A stretch of DNA of 64,000 bases from Desulfovermiculus sp. (lineage in GTDB: Bacteria; Desulfobacterota; Desulfovibrionia; Desulfovibrionales; Desulfothermaceae), in assembly GCA_034521385.1 (NCBI GenBank), contig JAXHMO010000022.1, positions 61,112 through 125,111 on the forward strand, read 5' to 3'. This document shows positions 17,759 to 28,095 of this stretch, in pieces; within the stretch, counting starts at the first letter, position 1, and every line of letters begins with the position of its first letter. Both the position numbers and the translations under genes were made by a program. The notes below the pieces were generated by a model that saw only the letters and a program-made list of their open reading frames with translations, did not search any database and was not told where the DNA came from.

Positions 17759-20461
17759 TTATTCCAGGGTGGCTTTTACCTGAAATTCGGAAAAGGCCTC
17801 AATGATATCTCCAACTTTGATGTCGTTGAAATTTTCCAAACCCACGCCGCATTCGTAATCCTTGGTCACTTCCTTGGCATCGTCTTTAAATCGCTTCAAG
17901 GAATTCAGCTTGCCGGTATAGATAACTACACCGTCCCGCAGGAGTCGAATGCCGGCGTTGCGCTGCAGTTTGCCGTCCAGGACGAAGCATCCGGCCACCG
18001 TGCCTACCTTGGGCACGGAAAAGATGTCCCGCACTTCGGCTTGGCCCAGGTATTCCTCCCGGGTCAACGGAGCCAACATCCCGGCCATGGCCTCCTTAAC
18101 TTCGTTTACCAACTGATAAATGACGTCGTAGAAGCGGATATCCACACTTTCCTGTTCGGCCAGGTCTTTGACCTTGGCCGTGGGGCGGACGTTGAATCCA
18201 ATGATGATAGCCGCTGAAGCCGAAGCCAGTTTGATATCCGATTCAGTGATGGCCCCGATCCCGCCATGGATGATATTCACTTTGACTTCACTGGTGGCCA
18301 TCTTTTGCAAGGAGTCGGTTATAGCCTCTAAAGAGCCCTGCACATCGGCCTTGAGGATAAGGTTCAAGTTTTTTATCTCTTCTTCGGCCTTGGCCGCAAA
18401 GAAACTCTCCAGGGTGACCTTGGTCTCCTTGGCCAGCTCCCGTTCTCTGTGCTTGGCCTGCCGGGTATCAGCGATCCGTTTGGCCACCTTGTCGTTTTCC
18501 ACGACCACGAACTCGTCCCCGGCGTTGGGCACGCCTTCAAAGCCTTGGACTTCTACAGGCATGGCCGGCCCGGCGGCTTCGATCTTTCGGCCCACATCGT
18601 TGAACAAGGCCCTGGCTCGGCCGGAATACAGGCCGCAGACAAAGGGGTCGGTGGTGCGCAAGGTGCCTTCCTCAATAAGAACAGTGCCCACAGGCCCCCG
18701 ACCCTTGTCCAGTTTGGCCTCGATGATATGGCCTCTGGCCCGTTTGTTGGGATTAGCCTGCAACTCCAGGACTTCGGTCTGCAAAAGGACCATTTCCAGG
18801 AGTTCATTGAGTCCGATACGTTCTTTGGCCGAGATGTAGGCGTAAATGGTATCTCCGCCCCATTCCTCGGGGATAAGCCCCAGTTCGGCTAGCTCTCTCT
18901 TTACTCGCTCCGTATCGGCGTTGTCCTTGTCGATCTTATTCACGGCCACAATAATGGGTACCTGGGCTGCCTTGGCGTGGTTGACCGCTTCCTTGGTCTG
19001 ATCCATTACCCCGTCGTCGGCGGCTACAATCAAGATGACCACGTCCGTGACCTGGGCCCCTCGGGAGCGCATTTCGGTAAAGGCCTCGTGCCCCGGTGTG
19101 TCCAGAAAGACGAGGGTCCCGCCATCGGTCTGCACGTGGTAAGCCCCAATATGCTGGGTGATGCCTCCGGCTTCGGTGTCTATGATATGCGATTTGCGGA
19201 TGGCATCCAAAAGCGAGGTTTTACCGTGATCCACGTGACCCATGATGGTCACCACCGGTGGCCGAGTCTGCAGTTCTTCCGGTTTGTCTTCCTTCTGGGG
19301 CAGGACGTAAGCCTCTTCGGAAAAGCCGACTTTTTCAACCTCGTAGCCGAATTCCGAGGCCACAAGGGTGGCCGTGTCCACATCCAGGGACTGGTTGATG
19401 GTGGTCATCACCCCAAGATTGAACAAGTTCTTGATGATATCCTGGGCCTTGACTCCCATCTCCTGGGCCAAATCGGCCACCCGGATGGCCTCCTCCATTC
19501 GGATCTTCCGCTTGGCCGCCTTGAGAGGCTGAGTCCCTTGCGGGGTGCTCGGCGGTTTGGGGCCGGCCTTTTGGGGCTGGGGGACGGTTTTTTTCTTCTT
19601 CCCTTTCCCCCGGGCCGGCTTTTCCGGGGCCTCGGCCTGCTTTTTCCCAGCCGATTTGCTTGGACGGGCTTCTTCCTTGTTGTAGAGGCCGGAGACATCC
19701 ACAGTACGTTTGTCTTTCTTTTTCTTGTCTTTTTTGTCCGTTTCTTCCGGAGTGGTTTCAACGGCAGCTGGGCTCGGTGCGGCTTGTTCCGGCTCAGTCG
19801 TGGCCTCGGGCCTGGAAATCACTGTCACTTGTGGAGGGGGAACGTCTTTTTTCTTTTTCCGGCTCCGTTTTTTCTTGACCGGCTTGGACGGGGGTTGAGG
19901 TTGATCCTCTTCGCGGCCCACCGATTGCGTTGACTCTGGGGATGAAGCGGAGATTGGCTCGGAGAGGGGTGCTTCGGTCCCTTCGGATGGGGAAAGATCT
20001 GGTTGGACTTGCTCAGGGCTTTCCGGTTGCTCCGGACGGGCATCGGCCTTGGGTGAAACGTCTTGCTCTGCGCGCACGGGTTGCTCTTCGTGCGCTCTCG
20101 TGGATTCAGGGGCCTGAGGACTGGGGCTTTCTTGCTCGGGGGATGTCATCCGTTCCTGGGTGGCCTCGGTTGCAGCCGATGGTGGCCCTTGATCCTGGGG
20201 AGGCGTTGTCGGTTCCTGAACTTTTTTGCGCTGTCCTCGCCTGCGGCGGACGATCACCCCGGAAGGAGTCATAGTTTCCTGGGAGACGTGCTCAGCTAAA
20301 TGGTGCTGGACCTTAGAGCGGATATTTTCCACCTGATCATCGCTCAAGCCGCTCATATGACTTTTGACCTGAATATTCTCATCCCGGAGGATATGCAGGA
20401 GCTCTTTATTAGATAAGCCGAGTTCGGCTGAGAGTTCTCGTACTCGCATTTTGGTGGTCAT
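17759..20461 (-). CDS. infB: Translation initiation factor IF-2
   Basis: [12 protein letters not shown] and DTPGHEAF G-domain motifs, with a long low-complexity N-terminal region. Confidence 0.95.
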   Translation of the reverse strand: MTTKMRVRELSAELGLSNKELLHILRDENIQVKSHMSGLSDDQVENIRSKVQHHLAEHVSQETMTPSGVIVRRRRGQRKKVQEPTTPPQDQGPPSAATEATQERMTSPEQESPSPQAPESTRAHEEQPVRAEQDVSPKADARPEQPESPEQVQPDLSPSEGTEAPLSEPISASSPESTQSVGREEDQPQPPSKPVKKKRSRKKKKDVPPPQVTVISRPEATTEPEQAAPSPAAVETTPEETDKKDKKKKDKRTVDVSGLYNKEEARPSKSAGKKQAEAPEKPARGKGKKKKTVPQPQKAGPKPPSTPQGTQPLKAAKRKIRMEEAIRVADLAQEMGVKAQDIIKNLFNLGVMTTINQSLDVDTATLVASEFGYEVEKVGFSEEAYVLPQKEDKPEELQTRPPVVTIMGHVDHGKTSLLDAIRKSHIIDTEAGGITQHIGAYHVQTDGGTLVFLDTPGHEAFTEMRSRGAQVTDVVILIVAADDGVMDQTKEAVNHAKAAQVPIIVAVNKIDKDNADTERVKRELAELGLIPEEWGGDTIYAYISAKERIGLNELLEMVLLQTEVLELQANPNKRARGHIIEAKLDKGRGPVGTVLIEEGTLRTTDPFVCGLYSGRARALFNDVGRKIEAAGPAMPVEVQGFEGVPNAGDEFVVVENDKVAKRIADTRQAKHRERELAKETKVTLESFFAAKAEEEIKNLNLILKADVQGSLEAITDSLQKMATSEVKVNIIHGGIGAITESDIKLASASAAIIIGFNVRPTAKVKDLAEQESVDIRFYDVIYQLVNEVKEAMAGMLAPLTREEYLGQAEVRDIFSVPKVGTVAGCFVLDGKLQRNAGIRLLRDGVVIYTGKLNSLKRFKDDAKEVTKDYECGVGLENFNDIKVGDIIEAFSEFQVKATLE

Positions 20462-20700
20462 GACTCCCCCCTACACTTCTTCTGCCACCCCTTGTGCCGG
20501 ACCAGGGCCCTTTGGCATTCAGGGTCGGAACAGACGTAAAAACCGCGCCCGGGCAGTATTTGGTGCGGATCAAATAAAAGCGCCGGACGGCCGTGGCCGT
20601 TGCGCTGACATACGTAACGGTAGAGATTGTTTTTGGACAGGCGCGTACGGCAGATCATGCACATGCGTTGTGGGATGTGCGGTTGGCTTTTGTCGCTCAT
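20458..20700 (-). CDS. ylxR: YlxR/DUF448 RNA-binding protein
   Basis: [19 protein letters not shown]...GRGFYVC. Overlaps the infB start by 4 nt. Met at 20700 preferred. Confidence 0.8.
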   Translation of the reverse strand: MSDKSQPHIPQRMCMICRTRLSKNNLYRYVCQRNGHGRPALLFDPHQILPGRGFYVCSDPECQRALVRHKGWQKKCRGES

Positions 20701-20741
20701 AACGCGTCTGTCTGGGCGCGTGAATATTGGTTTATGGCTTC

Positions 20742-22097
20742 TCATTCCTCGCCTTCTGGGCCCTGAGCCGTCTGTGACCGGTCTGATTCGGCCGGAACGT
20801 GATCATCTGCCTCCTGAGCCTCTGCGTCTGCCGGGGGCTGCCGGTCCACGCTCTCTTCCGGAACGGATTTCCTGCTCAGAAGGTTGACGGCCGAACGGAC
20901 GTCCCTTAATTTTTGCTCGTTCATTCCTTCCATTTGGAGCAGATCCTCATCGGAAGCGGCCTGGAGGGTTTCCAGGCTGCTCAAGCCGGCAGAATAAAAC
21001 TGATCAACGGCAATGCCGGCCACGTTGGCCACATTCTCGACTTCTTGGCGATGGGCGTAGAGTTCGCCATATCTGCTCTCAGTGACAATATCGATTTTCC
21101 AGCCCAGGAGCTTGCTGGCCAGTTTGACGTTCTGGCCGCGACGACCGATGGCCAGATGGTGCTGGCTGTCCGGGACGATCACTTCCAGGGCCTTTTCCTC
21201 TTCATCCACGGTAATACTGGAGATTCTGGCTGGAGAAAGGGCGTTGACCGCATAGGTGGTGATGTCCGGGCTCCAGAGCACAATGTCCACGCGTTCGCCC
21301 TTGAACTCCTGGACGATTTTATTGATCCGCGATCCGCGGACTCCCACGCAAGCCCCCACCGGGTCAACGTCCCGATCCCGGGAAAGGAGGGCGATCTTGG
21401 CCCGGTATCCGGGATCTCGGGCAATGCCCATGATCTTGATGGTTCCATCGCTGATTTCCGGAACCTCGATGCGGAACAGGGCAGCCATGAAATCGGGGTG
21501 GGAGCGAGAGAGGATGACTTGGGGTCCCTTGCCCTCTTTTTTGACATCGATGATGTAGCCTTGGACCCGGTCCCCTCGGCGATAATGCTCCTTGGGGACC
21601 TGCTCCTCTTTGGGTAACAGGGCTTCCGTCCGGCCCAGGTTGATGATCCAGCCCGAGCGGTCCCGGCGTTGGACAGTACCGCTGATAATTTCCCCTTTAC
21701 GTTCTATGAATTCTTCATAAATGATTTCTTGTTCTGCATCCCGCATGCGCTGGATGATGACCTGCTTGGCGGATTGGGCGGCAATGCGTCCCAGGTTTTC
21801 CACGTGCAGCTTAAAGCCGAGTTCGTCCTCCATCTCTACATTGGGATCCACCTTTTTGGCTTCCTCCAGGCTGATCTCGGTGTCCGGGTCATCGATCTCC
21901 TCAGTGACGATCTTAAACTGATAGACCTCAACGTCTCCAGTTTCTTCATTGAAGTTGACTTCGATGTCCAACTTATTGTTGAATTTTTTGTTCACTGCCG
22001 ACCGAACAGCGTCTTCCAGGGTATCGATGAGGACATCGCGGTCTATACGCCGCTCTTTACTGATCAGATCGATGGATTTCTTGAGTTCCAAACTCAT
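20742..22097 (-). CDS. nusA: Transcription termination/antitermination factor NusA
   Basis: N-terminal domain, S1 and two KH domains. ARDPGYRAKIA and VGACVGVRGSRI motifs. Confidence 0.95.
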   Translation of the reverse strand: MSLELKKSIDLISKERRIDRDVLIDTLEDAVRSAVNKKFNNKLDIEVNFNEETGDVEVYQFKIVTEEIDDPDTEISLEEAKKVDPNVEMEDELGFKLHVENLGRIAAQSAKQVIIQRMRDAEQEIIYEEFIERKGEIISGTVQRRDRSGWIINLGRTEALLPKEEQVPKEHYRRGDRVQGYIIDVKKEGKGPQVILSRSHPDFMAALFRIEVPEISDGTIKIMGIARDPGYRAKIALLSRDRDVDPVGACVGVRGSRINKIVQEFKGERVDIVLWSPDITTYAVNALSPARISSITVDEEEKALEVIVPDSQHHLAIGRRGQNVKLASKLLGWKIDIVTESRYGELYAHRQEVENVANVAGIAVDQFYSAGLSSLETLQAASDEDLLQMEGMNEQKLRDVRSAVNLLSRKSVPEESVDRQPPADAEAQEADDHVPAESDRSQTAQGPEGEE

Positions 22098-22144
22098 GTG
22101 CGGACCTCCACGTCCTGGCCCTGTAGGCCGTGATCCAGTCGGGA

Positions 22145-22603
22145 TCAGCGACCTGTATATACAAGATGGATTTTGTGAATTTGGTCCCAGTCCAAAGTGA
22201 GGGTCTGGGATGTCGTTTGCAGGGTCAGTTCCTGGTCAACAGCCTGAACTAAGGTCCCCCGCCATTTTTTGCTTCCTTGGACCGGTGATTTGAGGGTTGC
22301 GGCCACCGGCTGACCGCGATAGTCTGCAAGCTGATGAAAATAGAAAAATGGCCGCTCCAAACCGGGAGAGGAAACTTCCAAAACGTAGGATCCGGGTATG
22401 GGGTCTTCCACATCCAAAAGCATGCTGATGTGCCGGCTGGCTTCGGCGCACTGATCTATGGTCACTCCGTCCTCGGAATCCAGAAAGATCCGGAGCTTGC
22501 CTCCTTTGGGGGAGGCGGGGGGTTCAATCCCCCATAAGGTGAGCCCCAGGGAAGTGACGATAGGTTCGATGAGGCTGACAAGACGATCGTTAAGCTGAGT
22601 CAT
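22145..22603 (-). CDS. rimP: Ribosome maturation factor RimP
   Basis: LIEPIVTSLGLTLWGIE...YVLEVSSPGLERP. Confidence 0.9.
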   Translation of the reverse strand: MTQLNDRLVSLIEPIVTSLGLTLWGIEPPASPKGGKLRIFLDSEDGVTIDQCAEASRHISMLLDVEDPIPGSYVLEVSSPGLERPFFYFHQLADYRGQPVAATLKSPVQGSKKWRGTLVQAVDQELTLQTTSQTLTLDWDQIHKIHLVYTGR

Positions 22604-22612
22604 TTATGAAAA

Positions 22613-22642
22613 AATCAAAAAAAAAGTGGACCATATGGTCCA
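22613..22642 (-). terminator. Intrinsic terminator between tRNA-Gly and rimP
   Basis: On the minus strand, GTGGACCATATGGTCCAC (perfect palindrome, 22625-22642) is followed by T8. It ends about 13 nt before the rimP ATG. Confidence 0.75.
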
Positions 22643-22671
22643 CTCCCTTGGATACACGTTGATAAAAAGGA

Positions 22672-22748
22672 GTGGAGCGGGTGACGGGGATCGAACCCGC
22701 GACACCAAGCTTGGGAAGCTTGTACTCTACCAGCTGAGCTACACCCGC
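22672..22748 (-). tRNA. tRNA-Gly (anticodon CCC), 77 nt with encoded CCA
   Basis: Hand-folded cloverleaf: acceptor GCGGGTG, D arm GCTC-AGCTGGTA-GAGT, anticodon arm CAAGC-TTCCCAA-GCTTG, T arm GCGGG-TTCGATC-CCCGT. The 3' acceptor strand reads CACCCCGC, one C more than the complement of the 5' strand. Confidence 0.8.
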
Positions 22749-22762
22749 TCGTTCACCAAAGC

Positions 22763-22791
22763 TATTTGGCATGAGTTCTGAACTTTGTCAA
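22763..22791 (-). promoter_or_regulatory. Putative promoter for tRNA-Gly
   Basis: TTGACA (22791-22786 on the minus strand), 17 nt spacer, then a weak -10 CAAATA that ends 14 nt upstream of the tRNA 5' end. Confidence 0.35.
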
Positions 22792-22813
22792 CCCCGAAAA
22801 ATCCAGCCAGCAG

Positions 22814-22932
22814 GGTAATTTTGTTCTCAGGTGTAAGGTGCCAGGAGTGTTCAGTCCCGCCTTTGGCGGGATCAGTGTTCAGCTTTAAGAGGCCCGATTC
22901 ATGCGAATACGAGACTGATTGGACAAATGTTC
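22814..22932 (+). repeat. Composite mosaic element G-F-A-F-H
   Basis: Paralog of 4086-4210 with one fewer GTGTTCA unit. A hairpin at 22855-22871. Confidence 0.85.
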
Positions 22933-23005
22933 TTTTTCAGATGTCCTTGCTCAGACATGAGATAAGAAAATCACTGAATATTATGTGATCTCAGCTGCTT
23001 ATGCT

Positions 23006-23061
23006 AAACACCGAACACTGACCACTGACCACTGACCACTGACCACCGAACACTGACCACA
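23006..23061 (+). repeat. Heptanucleotide tandem array, 8 units (GACCACT/GAACACT)
   Basis: AAACACC GAACACT GACCACT GACCACT GACCACT GACCACC GAACACT GACCACA. Confidence 0.9.
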
Positions 23062-23187
23062 CCATGCTGTTGTGCAGATACAGCTTGAGTCACATAAAAT
23101 TATTGACAATAAAGAGCAGAACCAAAAAGCCCTGGTCTGCGGCCAGCAACCCTTGAATGCGAACCGAGATTGGATTAAGAAGGGGTG

Positions 23188-24033
23188 ATGCACACACCAA
23201 TCACATCGGTCCACCTGATTACCAAGAGCGGACACGCCCAGGCCAACAGGCTGGGGATCGTGATCCAAGACTGGTTGCACAAGCAGGGATGTCAAGCCCT
23301 GATCGTGCCTTCGGACAACTATACCCATACCGTTCCAGGGTGCAGCTCCCTCCCGGACCTGATTCTGGTCCTGGGCGGAGACGGGACCCTGCTCCGGATT
23401 GCCGGCCAGGTTGTAGAGCTCGGCTTGCCGGTGTTGGGGCTCAATTTCGGCCGGGTCGGATTCTTGACTGCTCTGAGTCCCCAGGATTGGGAAGCGCCCT
23501 TAAGGGAGATCCTGCAGGGAAAGTACCGGATCAGTGAGAGAATCGTCCTGGGATATGAGCTGCGGAGGAGGGATGATTTGGTTCAGGAGGGTCGATTTAT
23601 CAACGATCTGGTGGTGGGCAGGAGCGGTTTGGCCCGTTTGGTCCGCCTGAGTTTGTGGAATGAAAACAAATTGATGACTCGATTGCGGGCAGATGGGATC
23701 ATCGTTTCCACCCCAGTTGGATCCACCGCTTATGTGGCGGCTGCCGGGGGAGGCCTGATCAGTCCGGAGCTGGAGGTAATGGAGATTTGTCCGGTTTGCC
23801 CCTTTATGAGCGACTTTCGACCTCTGATCCTCTCCAGTCGGGAAGGGATTTCCATTCAGATGGAATCCTCCTCTCCGGAGAGCTTTGTCACCCTGGATGG
23901 TCAATCCGGATGGCCTTTGCAAGAAGGGGATGTGGTAACTATCCAGGCCTGCGACAGCAGGTTTCGGCTCATTGAGCCGGAACAGTCTTCATTCTTTGAA
24001 CATCTGCAACGGGCCGGGTATTTCAATGTTTAG
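23188..24033 (+). CDS. nadK: NAD(+) kinase
   Basis: LVLGGDGTLL and NFGRVGFL motifs. Confidence 0.9.
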   Translation: MHTPITSVHLITKSGHAQANRLGIVIQDWLHKQGCQALIVPSDNYTHTVPGCSSLPDLILVLGGDGTLLRIAGQVVELGLPVLGLNFGRVGFLTALSPQDWEAPLREILQGKYRISERIVLGYELRRRDDLVQEGRFINDLVVGRSGLARLVRLSLWNENKLMTRLRADGIIVSTPVGSTAYVAAAGGGLISPELEVMEICPVCPFMSDFRPLILSSREGISIQMESSSPESFVTLDGQSGWPLQEGDVVTIQACDSRFRLIEPEQSSFFEHLQRAGYFNV

Positions 24034-24179
24034 ATCTAAATATGTAAAGCTGGCTACGCCCGCAACCCAATTGGTTCGGCAAAAAATTGAATCGCTCAAA
24101 GAAATTTTCTTGTTTTTTATGGCAGCAATTTATGGATAAGGCACTAGGCTTCGAATTGCCAACACAAGGTACAGAATGT

Positions 24180-25382
24180 ATGAGACACGTTGCTAGGTGC
24201 TGGGTCCTGATGGGCCTGGCCGCTTTCTGGGTTGTGTTCTGTATGGGATGCGGCCCGAAAGAACCGGATCAGACCGGCCTGGTCCCTCTGCCAGAGAAAG
24301 AGACGAAAAAACTTTTGCAAAGTTTGAACTCCACTGGGCAAGGACTCCCATCCTGGGAGGATTTGGCTGCCTCCATCCAGCGAAGTCTCGCCGCTCTGGA
24401 TGCCCGGGATGGAAAACAGATGCTCCTCCAAACTCCTAACCTGCAGCTCACAGTCCACGATGTGCAGACCAGCCTTAGGCATATGCTCACTATCCTCCCA
24501 GAGCTCGGGAGCGACCCCAACCTGCTCTCCCGGGAATTTGCCTGTTATGAGCTGCGCCCAGCCCCCTTGTTTACCGGATATTACGAACCAAGACTTCAGG
24601 CCAGCCTGCAACGCATGCCCGGCTACCCATATCCCCTCTACTCCCGGCCTAAAGATTTGCAACGCCTTGATCTGGGTCGTTTTCATCCCAGGTGGAAGGG
24701 GCAGAACTTGGTGTATCGGATTGAAGACAACAAGGTGGTCCCTTACCATACCAGAGCCGAGATCGACAGGTACAACGCTTTAGATGGTAAGGCCGAGGTC
24801 GTGGCCTGGCTCCGGGATCCAGTGGAGGCCTTTTTCTTGCATATTCAGGGTTCCGGACAGCTTGAGCTTCCAGACGGAAGGACCACGTATGTAGGATATG
24901 CCGGCAAGAATGGACATGAGTATGTCTCTTTGGGCCGGGTCTTGGTGGACAGAGGGCATATGGACTATGCGGGTTTAAGCATGCAGTCCATCCAGGCCTT
25001 TTTGGAGCACAATCCGGAGTTGATGCCGGATATCCTGTTTACCAACCCCAGTTATGTTTTTTTTGAGTTACGAGCGGACGGTCCGTATGGGGCCATGGGT
25101 CAGAAGCTGACCCCCATGGTCAGCCTGGCCACGGATCCGTCTGTGATCCCCCTTGGGGCCTTGGTGGCCATGGAAGTGGACTTGCCAGGGGACCAAAGCG
25201 AAGATACACTTGTCGGTCTCGGTTTGGCCCAGGATGTGGGCGGGGCCATCAAAGGACGCCATGTGGACCTGTACTGTGGGAGCGGCCACCAGGCAGGCCG
25301 CCTGGCCGGCCGGCTTAAGAACAGGGGAAGGCTTGTTCTCTTGGTCTCCAAATCAGCTTTGCCTTCGGCAAATCTGAAATAA
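24180..25382 (+). CDS. mltA: Membrane-bound lytic murein transglycosylase A (lipoprotein)
   Basis: Signal/lipobox ...FWVVFCMGC, MltA and 3D domains (ATDPSVIPLG...DVGGAIKGRHVDLY). Start chosen at MRHVARC. The last about 9 codons and the stop lie in repeat module B. Confidence 0.85.
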   Translation: MRHVARCWVLMGLAAFWVVFCMGCGPKEPDQTGLVPLPEKETKKLLQSLNSTGQGLPSWEDLAASIQRSLAALDARDGKQMLLQTPNLQLTVHDVQTSLRHMLTILPELGSDPNLLSREFACYELRPAPLFTGYYEPRLQASLQRMPGYPYPLYSRPKDLQRLDLGRFHPRWKGQNLVYRIEDNKVVPYHTRAEIDRYNALDGKAEVVAWLRDPVEAFFLHIQGSGQLELPDGRTTYVGYAGKNGHEYVSLGRVLVDRGHMDYAGLSMQSIQAFLEHNPELMPDILFTNPSYVFFELRADGPYGAMGQKLTPMVSLATDPSVIPLGALVAMEVDLPGDQSEDTLVGLGLAQDVGGAIKGRHVDLYCGSGHQAGRLAGRLKNRGRLVLLVSKSALPSANLK

Positions 25383-25445
25383 TTTTTGCCCCATAGCGGG
25401 CAAAAAAAGAAAAAAATTGCCTGATTGATCAATATTCAAGGTCAA
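25353..25445 (+). repeat. Mosaic repeat B-C-D(partial)
   Basis: B at 25353-25377, C hairpin TTTTTGCCC..GGGCAAAAA at 25383-25406, then a TTGCCTGATTGATC D-like fragment. Confidence 0.8.
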
Positions 25446-25485
25446 TGACTTGGAATGATTATACTTTTTTCACAGGGAGTCTTTG

Positions 25486-26919
25486 ATGTCGTATGAGGCG
25501 GTGATCGGACTGGAAGTTCATGCCCAGCTAAATACCCGGTCCAAACTTTTCTGTTCCTGTTCTACCGGTTTCGGTCAAGAACCGAACACACATGTCTGCC
25601 CAGTATGTGCCGGTATGCCCGGGACTTTGCCGGTCATGAACAAGAAGGCGGTGGAATATGCAGCCAAGATGGCCTTGGCCGTTCAGTGCACAGTGAATAC
25701 CGATTCGGTTTTTGCCCGCAAAAACTATTTCTATCCGGACCTGCCCAAAGGCTATCAGATATCCCAGTACGAGAGTCCCCTGGCTGAAAACGGCCGACTG
25801 CATATACAAACCGAGGCCGGGGAAAAAGCAGTGCCCATCATGCGCATCCATATGGAGGATGATGCCGGGAAGTCCATTCACTCGGCTGGAGAAAACATGA
25901 GTTTCGTGGATCTGAACCGGACCGGGGTTCCCTTGATCGAGATTGTCAGTGGGCCTGATCTGGCTTCTGCCGATGAGGCGGTGGTCTATTTAAAGGGTTT
26001 ACGCAGTATCCTGAGGTCCTTAGGAATTTGCAACGCCAACCTGGAGGAGGGTAACTTCCGGTGCGATGCCAATGTTTCGGTCCGCCCCAAGGGGGAGCCG
26101 AATTTGGGGACCAGAACAGAATTGAAAAACTTAAATTCTTTCCGCTACGTACACAAGGCCCTGGAGTATGAGATCGCTCGGCAGACGGCCCTGCTTGAAG
26201 ATGGGGAAGCTGTTATCCAGGAGACCAGGCTCTTCGACCAGGACGCGGGACGGACCAAGTCCATGCGGGGCAAGGAGGAGGCCCATGACTACCGCTACTT
26301 CCCGGATCCGGACTTGGTGCCTGTAGTATTGAGCCTGGAAGAAATTCGTACCTGGAAAGAACATCTGCCTGAGCTGCCCCAGGCCAAGGCCAACCGGTTC
26401 GTTCAGGACTTCGGCCTCCCCCTTGCCGATGCCTTGCTTTTGACCCAGGAACAGGACTTGGCCGATTACTTTGAAGCAGCAGTAACTGAACACGCTTCCC
26501 CCAAAGAGGTGAGCAACTGGATGCTCACCGAGATGCTGCGGGAGCTCAAAGAACTGGACATATCAGTTTCTGAAGTCTGTTTCCGGCCCTCCCAATTGGC
26601 CGCCTTGCTCCAGATCATTGACCAGGGCATAATCAGTCATACCGTCGGGAAGAGGATTTTCTCCGATCTTTTCCGTTCCGGCCAGGATCCGAAAGAATAT
26701 GTGCAGGCCCAAAACCTGGTCCAGATCTCGGATCACAGCCAATTGGATCACCTCATTGACCAGGTCCTGGAGGAGAATCCGGATGAAGTTCAGGCCTACC
26801 GGGAGGGGAAGACCAAGCTGCTCAGTTTTTTCATGGGCCAGGTGATGAAAAAGACCCAGGGTCAGGCCAACCCCAAAATGGTCAACTCCCTGCTGCAATC
26901 CAAACTGGAATCCCTATGA
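25486..26919 (+). CDS. gatB: Asp-tRNA(Asn)/Glu-tRNA(Gln) amidotransferase subunit B
   Basis: [15 protein letters not shown]...KLFC and full-length GatB similarity. AGGGAG lies 6 nt upstream of the ATG at 25486. Confidence 0.95.
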   Translation: MSYEAVIGLEVHAQLNTRSKLFCSCSTGFGQEPNTHVCPVCAGMPGTLPVMNKKAVEYAAKMALAVQCTVNTDSVFARKNYFYPDLPKGYQISQYESPLAENGRLHIQTEAGEKAVPIMRIHMEDDAGKSIHSAGENMSFVDLNRTGVPLIEIVSGPDLASADEAVVYLKGLRSILRSLGICNANLEEGNFRCDANVSVRPKGEPNLGTRTELKNLNSFRYVHKALEYEIARQTALLEDGEAVIQETRLFDQDAGRTKSMRGKEEAHDYRYFPDPDLVPVVLSLEEIRTWKEHLPELPQAKANRFVQDFGLPLADALLLTQEQDLADYFEAAVTEHASPKEVSNWMLTEMLRELKELDISVSEVCFRPSQLAALLQIIDQGIISHTVGKRIFSDLFRSGQDPKEYVQAQNLVQISDHSQLDHLIDQVLEENPDEVQAYREGKTKLLSFFMGQVMKKTQGQANPKMVNSLLQSKLESL

Positions 26920-27956
26920 AACGACACATCCGTTTTTCCGATAGCGAGCAGGCCCTGCTTCTTCTGGACCAGCGCCACCTTCCGGTCCACGAGAAGTGGT
27001 TCGTCTGTCGCAATATCCAGGATGTGATCACGGCCTTGGAGCGCATGGTCATCCGGGGAGCTCCGGCCATTGGGGTGACGGCCGCTTATGGATGTTGCTT
27101 GGCGGCAGCCACTCTGGATGCCTCGGACAGCAAGTGGCAGAAACGACTCAGTGAGAAGCTGGACCGCTTGAGTAGGGCCAGGCCAACGGCTGTCAATCTC
27201 CAGTACAGTGTGCGTCGGATGCGCGCAGCTTGGAAAACCGACCCGGATGTCAAGCTCGACGACTTGCGCTGGATGTGGATCAGGCTGGCCAAGGACATGC
27301 ATAATGCGGACGTCTCGGCCAACAAAGCCATGGGTCGCTGGGGACAGGAACTTCTCCAGGACGGCTGGACGGTGATGACCCATTGCAATGCTGGGGCCTT
27401 GGCTACCGGGGGATACGGTACGGCCCTGGGGGTCATCCGGGCGGCCAAGTCCGCAGGCAAGACTTTGCAGGTGGTGGCCAACGAGACGCGGCCCTTTCTG
27501 CAAGGGGCCCGCTTGACCGCCTACGAATTGCAGCAGGACGAAATCCCGGTCCGAGTGGCTTGCGACAACGCAGCAGCTTTGCTGATGACCAAAAGTCTGA
27601 TTCAGGCCGTGGTGGTCGGGGCTGATCGCATTGCGGCCAACGGGGATACGGCCAACAAGATCGGCACCTATAACCTGGCCATTTTGGCCAAGGAAAACAG
27701 TATCCCCTTTTATGTGGCTGCCCCTTTGTCTACCCTGGACATAGAAACTCGGCAGGGTAAGGATATTCCCATTGAAGAACGGCCGGCCCTGGAGGTGACC
27801 CATGTGCAGGGCAACCGCATTGTGCCGGAGGGGGTATCAGTTTTCAATTACGCCTTTGATATAACCCCAGGCGAGTTGATTACCAATATCATTACCGAAA
27901 AAGGGGTCCTGGATGCTCCCTTCGATCAGAGCATTGCCCGGGTTATGCAGCAGTAA
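26916..27956 (+). CDS. mtnA: S-methyl-5-thioribose-1-phosphate isomerase (eIF-2B alpha/beta/delta family)
   Basis: [13 protein letters not shown] and [16 protein letters not shown] motifs. ATGA overlap with the gatB stop. Confidence 0.85.
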   Translation: MKRHIRFSDSEQALLLLDQRHLPVHEKWFVCRNIQDVITALERMVIRGAPAIGVTAAYGCCLAAATLDASDSKWQKRLSEKLDRLSRARPTAVNLQYSVRRMRAAWKTDPDVKLDDLRWMWIRLAKDMHNADVSANKAMGRWGQELLQDGWTVMTHCNAGALATGGYGTALGVIRAAKSAGKTLQVVANETRPFLQGARLTAYELQQDEIPVRVACDNAAALLMTKSLIQAVVVGADRIAANGDTANKIGTYNLAILAKENSIPFYVAAPLSTLDIETRQGKDIPIEERPALEVTHVQGNRIVPEGVSVFNYAFDITPGELITNIITEKGVLDAPFDQSIARVMQQ

Positions 27957-28028
27957 TGGGCCAGGTGGGTATACACTTGGACAAAGAGTTCGCCACTGAA
28001 CGGGACACAGGTCAATGTGGTCATGTGT

Positions 28029-28076
28029 CTGATTTGCCGGAGGTCTCGCCAAAGGCGGGACTGAAACATGAAACCT
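28029..28076 (-). repeat. Degenerate inverted B + A modules with TGAAACA/TGAAACC heptamers
   Basis: CTGATTTGCCGGAGGTC, then TCGCCAAAGGCGGGACTGAAACATGAAACC. Confidence 0.6.
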
Positions 28077-28095
28077 ATTTGGACCAGAGTCTTGC

